Positions 1 to 7,990 of a DNA stretch of 20,000 nucleotides are shown piece by piece. The notes under the pieces were generated by a model that saw only the letters and a list, made by a program, of their open reading frames with translations, was not told where the DNA came from and searched no databases. The position numbers were made by a program, and so were the translations under genes. This stretch comes from an uncultured Gemmatimonadota bacterium (GTDB taxonomy: Bacteria; Blakebacterota; Blakebacteria; Blakebacterales; Blakebacteraceae), in contig CAZNUA010000015.1 in the NCBI GenBank assembly GCA_964576115.1, forward strand, positions 51,179 through 71,178, in the 5' to 3' direction. How positions within the stretch are numbered: the stretch's first letter is position 1; the number at the start of each line of letters is the position of its first letter.

Positions 1-476
1 ACCGCTGCCGCGATCACCAGATCGATGACGGCCAGGCGCCACACGTCGCTCCACTCCACCACCGCGATATTCCCGAAGAGATAACTCATCAGTTCGGTCT
101 GGTACCCGGGGGTGAACTTGACCAGCAGGATCCCGGTGGCCATACCGATCGCCCACATGGCTCCGATCAGGGTATCGATCCGCTCCCGGCTGCGCTCGTG
201 CACCACCCCGATGACGACCGCCCCCCCCACTGCCGCGACCGCCGCCCCGACGAAGGGATCGAGACCGGCGAAGGTGCCCGGGAGGTGGTGACGGAGCCAG
301 ATTGCAGCTCCGATCCCCCCGACCGCCATATGGGCGATGGCACCGACCAGGAAGACGATCCGCCGGGTCACGACCCAGGGACCGATGAGACCGCAGGCCA
401 CCGCCGCCAGGATGCCCGCTACGAGCCCGGTCAGAAGCAGGGGATTGGAACCCAGGTCGGCGAAGAATCCGCTCAC
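1..476 (-). CDS. znuB: Metal (Zn/Mn) ABC transporter permease, ZnuB-like; 3' end lies outside the window
   Basis: Not in the ORF track; translated by hand from GTG at 476, which overlaps the znuC stop (GTGA): MSGFFADLGSNPLLLTGLVAGILAAVACGLIGPWVVTRRIVFLVGAIAHMAVGGIG...ERIDTLIGAMWAIGMATGILL...ELMSYLFGNI. The hydrophobic helices and the 'IAH' and 'SYLFG' motifs are typical of ABC-3 permeases. Confidence 0.9.
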   Translation of the reverse strand, partial: MSGFFADLGSNPLLLTGLVAGILAAVACGLIGPWVVTRRIVFLVGAIAHMAVGGIGAAIWLRHHLPGTFAGLDPFVGAAVAAVGGAVVIGVVHERSRERIDTLIGAMWAIGMATGILLVKFTPGYQTELMSYLFGNIAVVEWSDVWRLAVIDLVIAAA

Positions 477-1348
477 GGCTCGGGCCCCTTTCGCGCCCCG
501 CTTTCATCCGGCCCACGGGAACCGCCGCCGGATGAGTGGCCGGGGTGAGAATCGAGGTCCTCGCAGGTTCCATCCTTGATATGGCTGGCCGGACAATCTC
601 CGCCGTGCTGCAGCTGGACCACGGTGTCGGGATCGGCATACGCCTGGGGGATGAGAGGCACCGCCATCTCGGGAATCCCGTTGCAGACCAGGCGGCGGTT
701 CAGACAGGCGATTGTCTTCAGGTGGGAGGAGACAAAGGCGATGTCGTGGCTCACGACCACGATCGGCAGCTGCTCGCTGAGGCGCTGCAACAGCTCATGG
801 AAGGATCGTTCGGCGGGAGCGTCCACTCCTACGGTCGGTTCGTCGAGCAGCAGAATCTCGGCTTCCGAGGCCAACGCCCGGGCAATCAGGATCCGCTGCC
901 GCTGTCCGCCCGAAAGCTCGTCGAGAGAACGCCGGGCCAGGTTCTGCACCCCGGTCTGGGCCAGCGCCCTGAAACCGATCTCGAGATGCTCGCGCCCGAA
1001 CCGCACGCCCCAGCCGGCCCGCCCCAGGCGTCCCATCAGAACGATATCGAGCGCCGAGGCGGGAATCGAGGTATCGATGGCGGCGTGCTGGGGTACATAC
1101 CCGATCCGGTGCCGCACCTCGGCCGGAGGGCGGCTGAAGACCCTGACCGTTCCGCGATCGGGTTTGAGTAGCCCGAGCATGATCCTGAGCAGGGTGGTTT
1201 TCCCTCCGCCGTTCGGCCCGACCAGACCCAGGTAATCGTCGGCTTCGACGTCAAGGGTGACATCTTCGAGGACGGGCGGGGCCGACTCCGATCCCGGGTA
1301 CCGAAAAGTCACACCGCTGAGTTCAACGACCGGCGGAACGGAAGTCAT
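473..1348 (-). CDS. znuC: Metal ABC transporter ATP-binding protein, ZnuC-like
   Basis: Walker A GPNGGGKTT, IGYVPQ Q-loop, LSGGQRQR signature, LLLDEP Walker B, SHD H-loop; start overlaps the znuA stop (ATGA). Confidence 0.92.
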   Translation of the reverse strand: MTSVPPVVELSGVTFRYPGSESAPPVLEDVTLDVEADDYLGLVGPNGGGKTTLLRIMLGLLKPDRGTVRVFSRPPAEVRHRIGYVPQHAAIDTSIPASALDIVLMGRLGRAGWGVRFGREHLEIGFRALAQTGVQNLARRSLDELSGGQRQRILIARALASEAEILLLDEPTVGVDAPAERSFHELLQRLSEQLPIVVVSHDIAFVSSHLKTIACLNRRLVCNGIPEMAVPLIPQAYADPDTVVQLQHGGDCPASHIKDGTCEDLDSHPGHSSGGGSRGPDESGARKGPEP

Positions 1349-2277
1349 CGCAGAGTTTCGGCCAGCATCGCCGCCACCGCCCCCAGGTTATCGATGACAT
1401 TCCGGGCCAGCGGATCGAGAACCCGCAGTTCGGCACCGAGAGCGTCGGCCACGATTTCCGCTGTCCGGCTGGAGATCTGAGGCTGCACGAAGATCACGCG
1501 TGCTCTTTCCCGACGGGCCAGCTGTTGAAAGGCGGTCAGTTCGGCTTCGCTCGGTTCCTTGCCTTCGATCTCGATCGGAACCTGCCGCAGACCGAACTCG
1601 TCGGCAAAGTACCCCCAGGAGGGATGAAAAAGGAACAGGGCGCATCCCCGGACCGGAGCCAGACGGTCGGCGATCGCAACCGCGAGCGAGTCGAGTTCGG
1701 CTGCCAGCACCTCTCGATTGGCTCTGAAGATCCCGGCCTGTTCGGGGTACAGCCCGGCCAGCACCCTCTCGACGGTGGCGGCCTGTCTTTTCAGCAATCG
1801 GGGAGAAAGCCAGATGTGGGGATCGTGCCCGTCGGCATCGGGGCCGTGCTCGTGGGCCTGACCGGTCCGGGTCGCATGCGCCGGTTCGAGGCCGGTCTCC
1901 ATCGATCTCATTTCGATGCCTTCGCGCAGATCGGCGATCTGGATCCGGCCGCTGGACTCGATCGCCCGGAACCACTCGCCGGTCTCGAAGGGTACCCCGA
2001 TTCGGAAATAGACAGCGGCCCGCATGACGCTGGTGATCTGGGCGTCGGTCGGATGATAGGTGGCCGGACTGTCGCCGGGGCTGAGCAGCGGCACGACCTC
2101 GACCCGGTCGCCGGCAATCCGCTCCACCAGCCAGACCTGGGGCTGGATACTGACTGCGACCAGATTGCGATCCGGTTCGCGGCCCGATCCGGAGCACGCC
2201 GCCGCCAGCCCCAGTCCAGCCAGCGCCACGGTCCGAGCCGTCCGACCGATCACACCTCTGTGCCTGCACCGCCCCAT
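1345..2277 (-). CDS. znuA: Metal ABC transporter substrate-binding lipoprotein (ZnuA/TroA family, probably zinc)
   Basis: Lipobox LAAAC, His-rich loop HATRTGQAHEHGPDADGH, DPHIWLSP and FHPSWGYF motifs, EGKEPS; GGGAG RBS upstream. Confidence 0.9.
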   Translation of the reverse strand: MGRCRHRGVIGRTARTVALAGLGLAAACSGSGREPDRNLVAVSIQPQVWLVERIAGDRVEVVPLLSPGDSPATYHPTDAQITSVMRAAVYFRIGVPFETGEWFRAIESSGRIQIADLREGIEMRSMETGLEPAHATRTGQAHEHGPDADGHDPHIWLSPRLLKRQAATVERVLAGLYPEQAGIFRANREVLAAELDSLAVAIADRLAPVRGCALFLFHPSWGYFADEFGLRQVPIEIEGKEPSEAELTAFQQLARRERARVIFVQPQISSRTAEIVADALGAELRVLDPLARNVIDNLGAVAAMLAETLR

Positions 2278-2380
2278 CCGGTTCTCCCGATCCCGAAAAA
2301 GACCTCTATTGCCTTATCGCCGTCACCACCGTCCGGGCTCTGTCTGTGCGCCCGGCCGGCCGGGTGCAGCGTCACTGACC

Positions 2381-2425
2381 GGTAACGATATCTATCACGC
2401 TAGTCACTTGCCTCACCGGACGCAA
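2381..2425 (-). promoter_or_regulatory. Candidate sigma70 promoter for znuABC with an overlapping degenerate Fur/Zur-like box
   Basis: Minus strand TTGCGT (2425-2420), 17 bp, TAGCGT (2402-2397). The AT-rich TGATAGA-T-ATCGTTA overlaps the -10 and covers the predicted start site; it matches a TGATAAT-n-ATTATCA box at about 9/14 positions. Confidence 0.35.
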
Positions 2426-2532
2426 CAGAGGAGGCTTGGGGCGCAGCGGCCCGAAAGCGTACACTGTGAATGAGAGCGCCGACCGAGCGCGGCGGTCCGG
2501 TCTGTTCATATGCTGCAGGAGGATAACATCCC

Positions 2533-3597
2533 ATGCTGACCCCGGCAGAACTCGCCGACCGGCTCGACACTTTTCCCCACCTCGCCCTGGCTCACCTGCC
2601 CACCCCGCTCGAACGACTCGACGGACTCTCGGCCGCACTCGGGAACTGCGAACTCTGGGTCAAGCGGGACGACGCCACCGGACTGGCTTTCGGGGGCAAC
2701 AAGACCCGCAAGCTCGATTACATCATGGCCGATGCCCGCTCGCAGGGTGCGGACACGATCGTCACCTGGGCGGGAGTACAGTCGAACTGGTGCCGGCAGA
2801 CGGCGGCGGCAGCGGCCCGGCTCGGCCTGGAGTGTTCCCTCGTTCTCATCAACCGGCCGGGTCACCACGCCGAGAACGACGGCAATCTGCTTCTGGACCG
2901 GATTTTCGGTGCCCGGCTGACCATCGTCGAGGCCGGCAGTGACGTGAAGATGCTCGAGCTCGAAGCCGTACACGATCTGCTCGAACCGATCCTGGCCGCC
3001 GAAAAGGACGCCGGCCGACGGGTCTACCTGGCTCCGATCGGCGGCTCGCTTATCGAGGGCTCGATGCACCGGCCATGGGGGGCGATCGGATACGTACGCG
3101 CCTGTCTGGAGGTCATGCAGCAGGCCGAGGAGCGGGATCTGACATTCGACGCCGTCATCCTGGCGACCGGTTCGGGTTCTACCCAGGCTGGACTCGTCGT
3201 GGGCACGAAACTGCTCACCCCCGGCATACCGGTCATCGGCATCAGTGTCAGCGCCGGGCGTGGGGAGATGATCGACTATATTCAGCCGATCGCCGAGGCG
3301 ACCTGCGAGATGCTCGAGGTCGACGAGACGATCGAGGCGGAGGATCTCATCGTCTTCGACACTTACCTCGAAGCGGGCTACGGCCTCTACACTCCGTCCG
3401 TGGCCCGGGCAATCGCCCGGGCGGCCTCGGCCGACGGCCTGCTGCTCGATCCGGTGTACACCGGCAAGGCCATGGCCGGCCTGCTCGACCTGATCGAGAC
3501 CGGTCACTTCCGCCCCGGGGCCCGGATCCTGTTCATGCACACCGGGGGCACCCCGGCTCTCTTCCCCTACCGGGGCGAGATCATGGAGCATCTCTGA
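2533..3597 (+). CDS. dcyD: D-cysteine desulfhydrase / ACC deaminase family PLP enzyme, D-Cys desulfhydrase type
   Basis: LWVKRDD, GGNKTRKLDY (PLP lysine), QSNW, GSGSTQAGL, LDPVYTGKAMAGL and HTGG. True ACC deaminases have DPVYEGK and HLGG instead. AGGAGG RBS. Confidence 0.85.
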   Translation: MLTPAELADRLDTFPHLALAHLPTPLERLDGLSAALGNCELWVKRDDATGLAFGGNKTRKLDYIMADARSQGADTIVTWAGVQSNWCRQTAAAAARLGLECSLVLINRPGHHAENDGNLLLDRIFGARLTIVEAGSDVKMLELEAVHDLLEPILAAEKDAGRRVYLAPIGGSLIEGSMHRPWGAIGYVRACLEVMQQAEERDLTFDAVILATGSGSTQAGLVVGTKLLTPGIPVIGISVSAGRGEMIDYIQPIAEATCEMLEVDETIEAEDLIVFDTYLEAGYGLYTPSVARAIARAASADGLLLDPVYTGKAMAGLLDLIETGHFRPGARILFMHTGGTPALFPYRGEIMEHL

Positions 3598-3609
3598 GGG
3601 CGGACTTCG

Positions 3610-4926
3610 TCAGCGCCGATCGGCCAGGTGTTTCACTCCTTCGAGAACGGTGTCGACGTCGCTGTCGCGGTGGAAGATGTGCGTCGAGACGCGCACTCCT
3701 CGCGTGCCGGCTCGATCCGAACCGATGGTGCGGATGATCAGGTTGTACTTCTCGTGCAGCCAGTTCACGATCCTTCCCGGCTCCACCCCCTCGACCGAGA
3801 ACGCCGTCAGCCCTCCGCTCAGATAGGGATCCATGCTAGTGTGCAGGCGCACTCCGGGGATCGAGCGCAGGCCCTCTTTCAGGCGGGTGGCCAGGGTTCG
3901 CACCCGGCGCTCGATACGGTCCTTTCCGATCCGGGTTTGGAAATCGATCGCCTCACCCAGAGCGAAGGTCAGAGGCAGGGCCCGCTGGCTCAGGGTCTCC
4001 AGCTTGGCCGCGGTCCCTTCTGCCTCCCACCCTCCCGAGGCGATGGTGGGCCAGACCCTGTCGATGACCTCGGGACTGACCCAGAGCACCCCCCGCCCGC
4101 AGGGCGCCCCCAGCCACTTGTAGGGGCTCGAGGTGAAGAAATCCACTCCGAGTTGGCGCATGTTCAGGTTGAGCATGCCGAGACCATGGGCGGAGTCGGT
4201 CAGCACCAGAATGCCCCGCTCGTGAGCCATTTCGCTCAGCTCCCTGACGGGGAAGATGAGGCCGGAGATGTAGACGGTGTGGCTGATGCTGATGACCCGG
4301 GTGCGCGACGTGATGCCTCCCTCGAAGGCGGTCATGAGCTCATCCACGCTGCCCGGCGGCAGGCCGATGGGCACATCGCGCACCTCGATACCATACCGGG
4401 CCGCCTTCAGACGCCAGCAGTGAGTACCCCCCGGATGCTCCATCGAGGAGAGCAGAACCTCATCCCCCGGCTCGAGTTCGAGCCCGTTAGCGATGAAGTT
4501 CATCCCCTCGGTGGTATTGCGGGTCAGGACGATCTCGTTCGGCTCGGCTCCGATGAACCGGGCCACCTTGCGGCGCACCTCCTCGCGCCGGGCACCGAAG
4601 GTATTGTAGACCTCGTACGGATTCTCCACCTGCACCCGGAAAGCCCGCATGAGGGTATTGAAGACCGGTTTCGGCATCGGTCCGACGGTACCGTTGTTCA
4701 TCATGACGATGTTGTCCTGCAGGTGGTAATGCCGGCGGACCGCTTCCCAGAAAACCCCGTCGGGTGAAGGATCCTGATCGTAATCGGCGAGCAGATCGTC
4801 GAGTTCGGAATAGATCGCCGCGTTCAGTTTCTCGAGCGCCACGACCGAGAGCGCCGAGCTGGCGAGTACCGTTTTCACGAAATGCCGGCGGGAACAGCCG
4901 GCCGGAGCGATATTCCAGAGACTCAT
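3610..4926 (-). CDS. Tat-exported class-V aminotransferase-fold PLP enzyme (isopenicillin-N epimerase/PvdN-like)
   Basis: N-terminal SRRHFVK twin-arginine motif followed by a hydrophobic stretch; MNNGTVGP, NTTEG, EHPG, DSAH, SPYKWLGAP (PLP lysine), VRVSTH. No RxGxHC or SACS catalytic-Cys loop. AGGGAAGG RBS. Confidence 0.85.
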   Translation of the reverse strand: MSLWNIAPAGCSRRHFVKTVLASSALSVVALEKLNAAIYSELDDLLADYDQDPSPDGVFWEAVRRHYHLQDNIVMMNNGTVGPMPKPVFNTLMRAFRVQVENPYEVYNTFGARREEVRRKVARFIGAEPNEIVLTRNTTEGMNFIANGLELEPGDEVLLSSMEHPGGTHCWRLKAARYGIEVRDVPIGLPPGSVDELMTAFEGGITSRTRVISISHTVYISGLIFPVRELSEMAHERGILVLTDSAHGLGMLNLNMRQLGVDFFTSSPYKWLGAPCGRGVLWVSPEVIDRVWPTIASGGWEAEGTAAKLETLSQRALPLTFALGEAIDFQTRIGKDRIERRVRTLATRLKEGLRSIPGVRLHTSMDPYLSGGLTAFSVEGVEPGRIVNWLHEKYNLIIRTIGSDRAGTRGVRVSTHIFHRDSDVDTVLEGVKHLADRR

Positions 4927-5059
4927 GACGGAACCTTCCCTTTTTTCTGGCTCCCCTCCCGGAGCTGCATTGATTTCACTTCTAACCTATCTGCCGCCGG
5001 GGTGTCAACGCACCCCGCCCGGCCCGATCCGTGCCGGTACGCCGCCCGAGGTGGTTCCC

Positions 5060-5518
5060 GTGACGCAGACAGATGCCACAGATGCTCCACGAATCCTTTG
5101 CGAGAGCCTGATCGGCCGGCTCGGAACCTGTCTGGAAAACGAACCGTACGTAGTGCCGATTTCCTTCGTCTGGCACGAGGGGAGCATCTATTTCCACAGC
5201 TCGGCCGACGGGCGCAAGTACCGGACTCTCGTAGAGAACCCGCGGGTCTGCCTCGAGGTCGATGAAGCCGAATTCGTACCGGATGAAGATCCCTGCCGGC
5301 TGCACTTCGACTACCGCAGCGCCATCGCCTGGGGCCGGGCCCGGGTCGTGTCTGAGGACGACGAACGCCTCAACGCCCTGCGCCGGCTCTGTGAGAAGTA
5401 CGCTCCGGGCAGCGGCGAACGCCTGAGTGCCGGCAAGGTGGCTGGCTACGACAATCTGGCGGTCATCGCCATCGACGTCGACGCGTTGACGACCCGACAG
5501 AACCCGCCCGGCGAATGA
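5060..5518 (+). CDS. Pyridoxamine 5'-phosphate oxidase-like / NimA-family flavin-binding protein
   Basis: GRLG...PYVVPISF...IYFHS..GRK..L.ENPRVCLEVD...YRSAIAWGRA. Start moved from 4925 to the in-frame GTG at 5060, which follows a GAGGTGG RBS; stop overlaps the CLC start (ATGA). Confidence 0.85.
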   Translation: MTQTDATDAPRILCESLIGRLGTCLENEPYVVPISFVWHEGSIYFHSSADGRKYRTLVENPRVCLEVDEAEFVPDEDPCRLHFDYRSAIAWGRARVVSEDDERLNALRRLCEKYAPGSGERLSAGKVAGYDNLAVIAIDVDALTTRQNPPGE

Positions 5519-7551
5519 AACCGCCCCCTCTCGACCGCCTGCGCAGCCTGTCGCAGAACGAGCAGACCCAGCTCATCGTTCTCTCGGTCGTCATCGGCCT
5601 GCTGACCGGCTTTGCTGCCGTTGGTTTCCGGGAACTCGTCGACCTGACCACACGCCTGTTCTGGCGCGGCACCGAGAGCCCCGCCGCCATCGTTGCCGAT
5701 CTGGCCTGGTGGCGGATCCTGCTCCTGCCGGCTGGGGGGGGACTGCTGGTCGGCCTGCTGACCCGTTTTGCAGCCGGCGAAATCAAGGGGCACGGAGTAC
5801 CCGAAGTCATGGAAGCGGTGGCCCTGCGCGAGGGACGCCTGCGCACCCGCCTGGCCCCGCTCAAGGCCCTGGCCTCGATGATCACGATCGGTACCGGGGG
5901 AAGCGCCGGCCGCGAGGGCCCGATCGTGATGATCGGATCGGCCCTGGGCGCCACCATGGGATCGATCAGTCGCCTGCCCTCGCGCTACTTGAAGATCCTG
6001 GTGGCCACCGGTGCCGCCGGGGGCATCGGCGCCACCTTCAATACGCCGATCGCCGGTGCCATCTTCGCCGCCGAAGTGATCCTGGGCGATTTCGGGGTGG
6101 CCAACTTCACACCGGTCATCGTCGGCTCGGTGCTCGGCACGGTGGTCAGCCGGACTTTCTACGGCGACATGCCCATCTTCCCCATATCGCCGGGGGCCTT
6201 CGAGTTCGTCAGTCCGTGGGAACTCATTCCCTACGCCCTGCTGGGGCTGCTGGCCGCGGTAACTGCTTTCGGCTTCATTCGAACCATGTCGAGTACGACC
6301 GAGTTCTTCGACTCCCGCCGCTCGCTTCCGGCCTGGTTCCGGCCCGCCATCGGTGGTCTGTTGCTCGGCGCCCTGGCCCTGGTAGCGCCGCAGGTACTCG
6401 GGGTCGGGTACGACAGTGTCCAGGCGATTCTCGGTGACACACACGCCTGGCCCTGGCTGATAATGTTCGGGATCCTGGCCGCCAAGATGGTGGCCACCTC
6501 GCTGACCCTCGGATCGGGCGGCTCGGGGGGGATCCTCTCACCGACCCTGCTCATGGGCGCTTTGCTGGGCGGGGGTCTGGGCAGCATCGTGCATGCCATC
6601 GCTCCGGCGTCGACGGCCGGACCGGGTGCCTACGCCATGGTCGGTATGGGGGCTCTTCTGGCGGCCAATACCTTCGCCCCACTGAGCGCCATGCTCATGC
6701 TCTTCGAGCTGACCGCCAACTACCGCATCATCCTGCCCCTCATGCTGGCCTGCGGTCTGGCCACCCTGATCGCCACCCGGCTTACCAAGGTATCGATTTA
6801 CACCGAGAAACTCTGGCGGCGGGGAACGGTGCTGTCGCGCGGGCGCGAGATCAACGTGCTGCGCAATATCCCGGTGCACGACTGCGCTCTGCAGCCGGCC
6901 GCGACAACCCCCGAAAACACCTCCCTGCCCGAACTGATCCGGCTGATGGCTTCCTCGACCCACTCCCGGATCTTCCTGCTCGATGCCGAGGCCCGGTTGA
7001 GCGGCGCCATTGATCTGCAGGATCTGCACCAGGTCATCCCCGAGCAGGAACACCTGCGCAACGTCCTGGTGGCCGAAGATATCGCCACCCATCCGGTTCG
7101 TACCGTCACCCCCGAGGAGAGCCTCGACCGGGTCCTGGCCGAATTCGGTCGTAGCCATGTCGACGAGCTACCGGTGGTCGAAACCGGAACAGAAGACCAG
7201 TTGCTGGGCGTGATCCGGCGCCAGGACGTCGTGGCCCGGTACAACCGCGAGATCCTGACCCGCGACATGGTCGCGGAGATCAGCCGGGGGGTTGAGGATG
7301 TCAGTACCCGCACGATGGTGCCGCTGGGCGATCAGTACCTGCTGGCGGAACTCCCCGTGCCCCGACCCCTCCGGGGTACCCTCCTGCAGGATTCACAGCT
7401 GCGCACCCGCTACCGGGTCGAAGTCGTCATGATCCGTCCCCGCGACGGGGGCGAAGCGGTCCTGGCCAGCGGCGAGCACCTGCTCACCGCCGAGGATCTT
7501 CTCCTGGTGGTGGGCGAACGGGAAGCCGTACAGCGCCTATATGAGCTCTGA
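5515..7551 (+). CDS. CLC-family chloride/anion channel or transporter with a CBS pair and a C-terminal RCK_C (TrkA-C) domain
   Basis: GHGVPE, GGSAGREGP (gating Glu), GAAGGIGATFNTPIAG, GSGGSGGILSP, SIY. Two CBS repeats (TPENTSL; VTPEESLD...LPVV...LLGVI) and a tail LAELPVP...LRTRYRVEVVMIR...DLLLVVG. Confidence 0.92.
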   Translation: MKPPPLDRLRSLSQNEQTQLIVLSVVIGLLTGFAAVGFRELVDLTTRLFWRGTESPAAIVADLAWWRILLLPAGGGLLVGLLTRFAAGEIKGHGVPEVMEAVALREGRLRTRLAPLKALASMITIGTGGSAGREGPIVMIGSALGATMGSISRLPSRYLKILVATGAAGGIGATFNTPIAGAIFAAEVILGDFGVANFTPVIVGSVLGTVVSRTFYGDMPIFPISPGAFEFVSPWELIPYALLGLLAAVTAFGFIRTMSSTTEFFDSRRSLPAWFRPAIGGLLLGALALVAPQVLGVGYDSVQAILGDTHAWPWLIMFGILAAKMVATSLTLGSGGSGGILSPTLLMGALLGGGLGSIVHAIAPASTAGPGAYAMVGMGALLAANTFAPLSAMLMLFELTANYRIILPLMLACGLATLIATRLTKVSIYTEKLWRRGTVLSRGREINVLRNIPVHDCALQPAATTPENTSLPELIRLMASSTHSRIFLLDAEARLSGAIDLQDLHQVIPEQEHLRNVLVAEDIATHPVRTVTPEESLDRVLAEFGRSHVDELPVVETGTEDQLLGVIRRQDVVARYNREILTRDMVAEISRGVEDVSTRTMVPLGDQYLLAELPVPRPLRGTLLQDSQLRTRYRVEVVMIRPRDGGEAVLASGEHLLTAEDLLLVVGEREAVQRLYEL

Positions 7552-7761
7552 GAGTTCGGCGACAAGGGCGTCGATATCTTCGATCCCCTTGTTGCGGGCG
7601 AGTTCCTCGAGCGTCCCCCAATACGCTTCGCCGCAGATCATACAGACAACACGTTTGTGGGCCAGCGGACCGATGAGTTGGGGGTAGAACTGCACCAGAT
7701 CCTCGACCAGCATGTCTTTTGTCAGGGGCGGCTTCTCCGGCCCCTCACCCGTTCGGGACAT
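7537..7761 (-). CDS. DUF1858-like small protein with CxxC
   Basis: LTKDMLVEDLVQFYPQL...CMICG....TLEELARNKGIEDIDALVAEL fits the DUF1858 pattern (TKDM.I.E....YP...C..C....ETLEEA...HG.D...L). GAAGGG RBS; 15-bp convergent overlap with the CLC gene. Confidence 0.8.
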   Translation of the reverse strand: MSRTGEGPEKPPLTKDMLVEDLVQFYPQLIGPLAHKRVVCMICGEAYWGTLEELARNKGIEDIDALVAELSELI

Positions 7762-7843
7762 GACACCCTTCCCTTCAGGTTCGATTCTGAACGCTTACCG
7801 CGCGGTGCCGCCACCGGTACGGATCCCGCCCCGGGGGTGGTGA

Positions 7844-7873
7844 TTGCCGCTCACAGGATAGTGCCTGTACAAT
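7844..7873 (+). promoter_or_regulatory. Candidate sigma70 promoter for the S9 peptidase
   Basis: TTGCCG (7844-7849), 18 bp, TACAAT (7868-7873) in the divergent intergenic region. Confidence 0.4.
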
Positions 7874-7990
7874 CGTCGGGCCATGCTCCACTCATACCGC
7901 CCGGAACCGAATCTTACCGCGGGCAGGCACTGCCCGAGAGCCGACACCGGACAACTGCACACTCCCGCTCTGCCGCAAGGAGCCGATCTC

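Noticed and set aside
2533-3597. ACC deaminase (acdS)
   Set aside because: It has DPVYTGK and HTGG rather than the diagnostic Glu and Leu (DPVYEGK, HLGG).
3610-4926. Cysteine desulfurase (SufS/IscS)
   Set aside because: No catalytic Cys loop, and it carries a Tat signal.
4979-5008. Minus-strand TTGACA as the promoter of the class-V enzyme
   Set aside because: The -35 is perfect, but there is no TAnnnT at 16-18 bp (best is TAGAAG), so I did not call it.
4925-5059. Track start at 4925 for the Nim-like gene
   Set aside because: It overlaps the start of the divergent gene, gives a Pro-rich non-family sequence, and a better RBS precedes GTG 5060.
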